A stretch of DNA of 64,000 bases, from NCBI GenBank assembly GCA_001599295.1, contig BCGN01000002.1, positions 682,001-746,000 of the forward strand. The letters run 5' to 3'. Source of the stretch: Sporopachydermia quercuum (Eukaryota). A program made the translations under genes and the position numbers. Shown piece after piece: positions 58,445 to 64,000 of this stretch; position 1 is the stretch's first letter, and every line of letters begins with the position of its first letter. The notes under the pieces are model-generated. The model saw only the letters and a list, made by a program, of their open reading frames with translations, was not told where the DNA came from and did no database searches.

Positions 58445-60928
58445 ATGGTAAGTTCTATTATTTGATTAAAAAAAGAAAAAGAGACGTCATCAGGCCAAAT
58501 GAATGAAATACAGGGGGGGAGGGAGAGTATAAAGCATTATAAAACACAGATTCTGGGTTAATCAGCAGCTTTTGATTTGAAGTGCTGATGGGAAACAACC
58601 GTAGATTTTCACAAACAAAACAATCAAAATAAGTAGTCATTCTAACTGAGAGCATAGAATTTTGAAGATGCAGAAGATGTCGATGGAGTTCGGTTCAGTT
58701 GGAATACATTCCCAACTACAAGATTAGAAAACCAACGTTTGATAATTCCTGTTGCCTCAGCATATACACCATTGAAAGAAAAAGAAGACCTGGCAATCGC
58801 CCAATATGATCCAGTTGTATGCAAACCGCCTTGTAAAGGTGTTCTGAATCCATATTGTCAACTAGATCTAAGAACTCAACTGTGGANTTGCCCATTCTGT
58901 TTATCAAGGAATCCATTACCCCAGAATTATAGGGCAATCACCCCAGAAGACTTACCTTTGGAACTTCAGCTGGGTAGTACAACAATTGAGTATATTCTTT
59001 CTAGGCCTGTTCAAACACCACCAGTATTCTTGTTTTTGGTTGACTTGTGTCAAGACGCTGAAAATCTAAATGCTTTGAAGGATTCATTGATTATTTGCTT
59101 AAGTCTTTTACCTCCTAATGCATTAATTGGACTCATCACCTTTGGCACAGTAGTTCAACTTCATGAACTGGGCTTTGAGCAATGTTCCAAATCCTATATT
59201 TTCCAAGGTTCCTCTTCTTATACTACTCAGCAAGTTGGCGTCACCATTGGATTGGGTGATCATAACCCTGGTGCTAAATTAATGAAAAGTAGACACCACA
59301 CAACAGCATTGGGCAGATTTTTCCTAACAGTACAAGATGCTGAATTCCAATTCACTCAACTTCTAGAGAAATTGAATCCTGATCAATGGGTTGTTGCTCA
59401 TGATAAACGCCCAATCAGAAGCACAGGAACTGCTTTAAATGTAGCTGCATCGATTATGGAACTTACGTTTCCTGGAACAGGCGGTCGTATTATGCTATTC
59501 AGCGCTGGTCCCTGCACAATAGGACCCGGCATGATTGTGANTGATGAATATCGTGAAACAATTAGATCTCATAACGATATTGACAGAGAGACGGCTAAAC
59601 ATTATCGAAAAGCTTGTAAATATTATTCATCGTTAGCTGCAAAACTATCAAATAATGGTCATACTGTTGATATTTTTGCAGGAAGTTATGATCAAATCGG
59701 TATGAGCGAAATGGAAAGTTTGGTCAATACTACTGGTGGTGTTATGATCCTTGCTGACGCATTTACAACTTCCATTTTTAAGCAGAGCTTCCTCAGATTA
59801 TTCAGTAAAGACGATGAGGGTTATTTATTGATGGGGTTCAATGGTCAAATAGAAGTTACCACATCTAAAGAGATAACGATAACTGGTATGATCGGTAACG
59901 GTATATCAGGAAAGAAACATTCGGTTAATGTAGCCGACACAGCCACAGGCATGGGATTTACTTGTTTATGGAAAGTTAATGGTATCGCTCCCAATCATAC
60001 GTATTGCTTCTTCTTTGAAGCTATCACGGCAGCTTCTAGTGGCTTAAGAACGAGATCAACGCAAGCATTGATTCAATATGCTACGCATTATCAACATGCT
60101 TCTGGTACCAACAGATTGCGTATTACCACTGTTGGTAGAAGAATGAACTCCGAAGTTGAACCAACAATTCAAACGTCATTTGATCAAGAAGCTGCTGCTG
60201 TGATAGCAGCCCGAATGGCAGTTTATCGTGCAGCTAAAGAAGAGCCAGCTGATGTAATTCGCTGGTTAGATCGGTCTGTTATCAGTTTATCACAGCATTA
60301 TGCTGATTATAGGAAAAATGATCCGAACTCCTTCAGACTGGGTCCATTATTTAGTTTATTCCCTCAGTTCATGTTTCATTTACGAAGGTCTCAGTTTCTT
60401 CAACTATTCAATAATTCACCTGATGAAACAGTCTTTTATAGGCACTGTTTGATGAAGGCTGATACCAATGACTCTCTCATCATGATTCAACCTACTTTGA
60501 CATCCTATGCTATTGATCAGGAGCCTCAGCCAGCTCTTTTAGATTCAATATCAGTGAAAGCTGATGTCATTTTGCTATTAGATACTTTTTTCCATATTTT
60601 GATTTATCATGGAGAAACTATTGCTGCTTGGCGTAAAGCTGGATATCAAGATTTAGAAGAGTATGCTAATTTCAAAGCGCTATTGGAAGCACCAAGGAAA
60701 GAAGCCGCAGAAATTCTAGTAGACAGATTTCCTTTACCAAGATTCATCGACACTGAAGCAGGAGGTTCGCAAGCTAGATTCTTAATAAGTAAATTGAATC
60801 CTTCTAACTCATATCGAGGTAATGACTATGCTAGTGACGGTGGTGCTATTGTATTCACTGATGATGTCAGTTTACAAACATTTATGGCTCATTTACAGAA
60901 GCTAGCAGTTACTCAAGGATCTCAATAG
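58445..60928 (+). CDS. SEC23: COPII coat GAP Sec23-family protein; coding exon 1 is the ATG only (58445-58447), exon 2 is 58658-60928
   Basis: [20 protein letters not shown], Zn finger, [33 protein letters not shown]; intron GTAAGT...TTCTAAC...TAG. Confidence 0.92.
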
Positions 60929-61175
60929 GTATGAATTTGGAGTATGATAAGTGGATACGGGAGATAAACAAAAGCAAAAGGCAGAAGGCAGAGACAATCT
61001 AACTTCATATAAATGAGTACATTGGAAAGAAAGTGTGCTCCAATATAATGTTTCTGTATTACTATTGTTGGTACTAGTACCTCCTTTACTTAGTTTATGA
61101 TCGTTTCTCCACTAATTGTAAACTAAAACTTACCTATGTAAACAATTAATTTACCCTAATATACCTTAATATTCT

Positions 61176-62249
61176 CTATTTGAAATACTTATCATAACCA
61201 GTGAGAACAAACCTGTACTTGACATCACCTTCAGTCATACGCTTCCAAGCTTGGGCGACATTCTCTTCACTAATATCAATAGTTTCTATCCAAGGCTTGA
61301 TTTTATGCTCGGAAGCCAATTCAAGCATACGCTCGATGTCCTTTGGTGCGCCAATAGCAGAACCACCAATTCTATAGTTACCCGAAAGCAAAGTGAAAGG
61401 TTCGAAATTGACTTTTTCTCCAGCAGGAGGAGCAGTAATGTAAATAAATTCACCTTGGGCCTTCAATAAACTCAGCAAATCATCTATATTAGTACCAGTG
61501 AAAGAGCTGCCAGTATTGACAATGAGATCGAGAGTGTCACCATACTTCTCCTTATAATCCTCATTAGTAGCAATGTAATGGTCAGCTCCCATCTTCAGAG
61601 CATCTTCCTTCTTGGAATTGCTCCTAGAAATAGCAGTGACTTCAGCCCCTAAAGCCTTAGCAAATAGGATTGCCATATGCCCAATACCACCAACACCGGA
61701 AATACCAACTTTGCTGCCCTTTCCAATTTTGGCTTGAAATTGAGGTAACAATCCGGTGATACCACCGCATAAAAGAGGAGCAGCATCAATAGAGCTGAGG
61801 TTTTCAGGAATTTTGAAGGCGAACTCGTTGTTGACTCTAATATGAGAAGCATAACCTCCTTGGGTATTAACGCCTGATGGATATTGACCAAAGTATGTGT
61901 GGACACCCTTCCTACAGTTGTTCTGATGATCATCATGACATCTTCGGCATTCATGACAACTGTCACATTGAGCACCAACTCCAACACGATCGCCAACCTT
62001 CAATTTGGTAACTCCTTCGCCAACAGCTACTACAGTACCCACAATTTCGTGTCCAACCGCAGCTGGGGTATATGGTCTACCCCAGTTACCAGAGGCAGCA
62101 TGAATATCGGAACCGCAGATACCACAGCATTCAATCTTGATATCCACATCTTCTGGCCTTTGTCCTTGAGGAGTATACTTGAACAACTTTGGATGCAGCC
62201 AGTCATCAAAATCGTGGACACCAATTGCTGTAATTTCATCGACAACCAT
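61176..62249 (-). CDS. ADH6: Zn-dependent medium-chain (cinnamyl-type) alcohol dehydrogenase, Adh6/Adh7-like
   Basis: CGICGSDIH, GHEIVG, GDRVGVG, structural Zn cysteines, APLLCGGIT, GVGGIGH, ISRS, GDVKYRFVL. Confidence 0.88.
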   Translation of the reverse strand: MVVDEITAIGVHDFDDWLHPKLFKYTPQGQRPEDVDIKIECCGICGSDIHAASGNWGRPYTPAAVGHEIVGTVVAVGEGVTKLKVGDRVGVGAQCDSCHECRRCHDDHQNNCRKGVHTYFGQYPSGVNTQGGYASHIRVNNEFAFKIPENLSSIDAAPLLCGGITGLLPQFQAKIGKGSKVGISGVGGIGHMAILFAKALGAEVTAISRSNSKKEDALKMGADHYIATNEDYKEKYGDTLDLIVNTGSSFTGTNIDDLLSLLKAQGEFIYITAPPAGEKVNFEPFTLLSGNYRIGGSAIGAPKDIERMLELASEHKIKPWIETIDISEENVAQAWKRMTEGDVKYRFVLTGYDKYFK

Positions 62250-64000
62250 TGTGAATAACCGTTTACGTAATGCTTTATAAAGCTTAAACTGTAGGTACTG
62301 TTCAATCAATCGTCAATCGCCAATTGTTGTAGTTCGTGCGAATAAATACGCTCTGAATATATATATTTTTGATAGTTTACAAATAACTAGTGAAATAACT
62401 GTACGAACCAAAATACATTTAACAATGAATTCAAATTCTTTAGCAGAACGACAGGGGATTACAGCTTCTTTTATAGTGCTGAGCTACTTTACTCTTTATC
62501 TTTCTATAATAGGTAAACACAATCCCAACTATCTCGTACTATCGGGTTTTCGGGAGTTAAACACTGGAAGATAAGTTTTGGCCCGGACATTATGGATTTA
62601 ACGCAAATAAACACCGTTTTCAAATATAAGTAATGATTCTATGGATAAAATGCTTGAAACCTCGAAGTTCGTTATAATTCATGAGGTTTCCTCGAGTTTT
62701 TGTCATAGTCTTTCCACTACTTTGAATGCGAAACGAAGGAAGGAAATGAGCTGAAGTATGTTCCAATTAAAGTTGCTTATTTAGACAACTGGTTTTTTTT
62801 TGAAGTTAGAGTTCCCTAACTATAATCTTTCATATCGAACCTTATACTTTTAATGAGTGAAAAGTTGATTCAACATTTTTAAACAGATATTCAATGGAGG
62901 ATTGATGTGTATTCAAGCTGCGTCGTTTTTGACAGGATGATCATATTACATCTTACTGTTTATAATTTGAATGGAACTTAGAGCGTAGGATGTTTTCACG
63001 GAAGGGTGCAACAACAGGATAACTTGTTTGATGATTTATCTTGACTTATCTTACCGGAGAAGTTGGAATTTAAGCGACAAAAGCCGAGGAGATCGGTAAT
63101 ACATAATGACTCTTGACTTTCTTAGTAATAATTACTATTATTTAAACTTTATGTAGATCTTATTGAAAATATTTACTCTGATAATTTTCTATTAGAAATT
63201 GAGATTTTAATAGATTTATTTGAACGTTTCAAAGCCTGTCTCGGGTGTTACTTTGAAAAAGTAGAGGCAATAAATTGGTTTCTTAGTAATCAATCCTTAT
63301 TAAGGTTAAGAATAAAGAGACAACTTAAAAATGATAGGGTTTCAGTAATGTTCGCCGACTGTGAGAATTACCACGAGTATCAGTAATATAAGTAATAAAT
63401 GAATAGCTCAAGATAAAATGAAAAAAAGGCAGTGTTTTGACTTGCAATTCTGAGATATTTGTTATTTCAATAAATTTAAAGAAACCCTTTTGAAACTCTT
63501 CCAATGAAGTCTTCCTGGAAAGTACTGGATCCGGATTGATGTCAAATTAAGTTACCGAGACCCATTATGGAAGAAAGAGATGCACAATGATGCAGGGCAT
63601 TGAATAACGTTTGGATAACGTTTGAATATCTCTTCGGTAGATATTTTCTTACAACATTTTGTTATTCCATTATATAGCAAATTGAGTACTATCATCAGTA
63701 GATTTCCATTTAGCAAGAAGGAAAAGATTGATTTTNTGCCATATGGATCAATTTTTTTATTTACATCTTCAGCTGTTACCTTAGCGGAAATAAGGGAGAT
63801 TAGTTTGAATTCATCTCATCTGCTCATCTCTTCTATGCTGAAGCCTCGACTAACTTTAATATTCATGTTATTCCCGATTTGTATACCTTATTCAGTAACA
63901 GCAGAGAGAGCCACCAACCCAATTGAAGGTACGATGAGAATAGTGGATCAAGTAAAATTGTATTAAACTCTCAAGAATATATAGTTATGATGTAATGGGA

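Noticed and set aside
647..62305. Numerous 60-150 aa ORFs antisense to or overlapping the main genes
   Set aside because: Shadow ORFs of real coding sequence, often with non-ATG starts and no recognisable motifs.
8427..63736. Scattered single N bases (X in translations)
   Set aside because: Frames stay open across them; they are probably ambiguous or heterozygous base calls, not biological lesions.
1..64000. Mobile elements, CRISPR arrays, rRNA, secondary-metabolite or defence clusters
   Set aside because: No LTR/TIR pairs, transposase or RT motifs, repeat-spacer arrays, rRNA signatures or functionally coherent accessory cluster were seen.

Overview
Eukaryotic nuclear DNA from an AT-rich, intron-rich budding yeast (Saccharomycotina). 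CTG falls at conserved Leu positions, which suggests the standard genetic code. I can support 24 protein-coding genes: BEM1, MET22, VNX1, KRE1-like, CDC33/eIF4E, BEM46-like hydrolase, RTC1, SLD5, MGE1, RIM21, FMP52, MSB3/4-type RabGAP, GET5/MDY2, ERF4/SHR5, PHO4-like bHLH, RPL12, MAK10, APT1-type thioesterase, FAA2-like, YCG1, UTP4, an unidentified 74-aa three-exon gene, SEC23-family and ADH6/7-like. Fifteen spliceosomal introns in 11 of these genes were reconstructed by hand, and they correct many entries in the ORF track. No tRNA, rRNA, CRISPR array or recognisable transposon was found, and there is no clear novel multi-gene system; this is mostly a conserved housekeeping block. The best leads are a Kre1-like gene that appears to have lost its GPI tail (a relic remains in the 3' UTR), the hidden 74-aa coiled-coil gene, a Pho4-like factor with an altered basic region and a ~148-aa loop, a 3'-terminal RPL12 intron, and alternative N-termini in MET22, APT1 and MAK10. 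Gene names come from motif recognition and remembered S. cerevisiae gene order, not from database searches.
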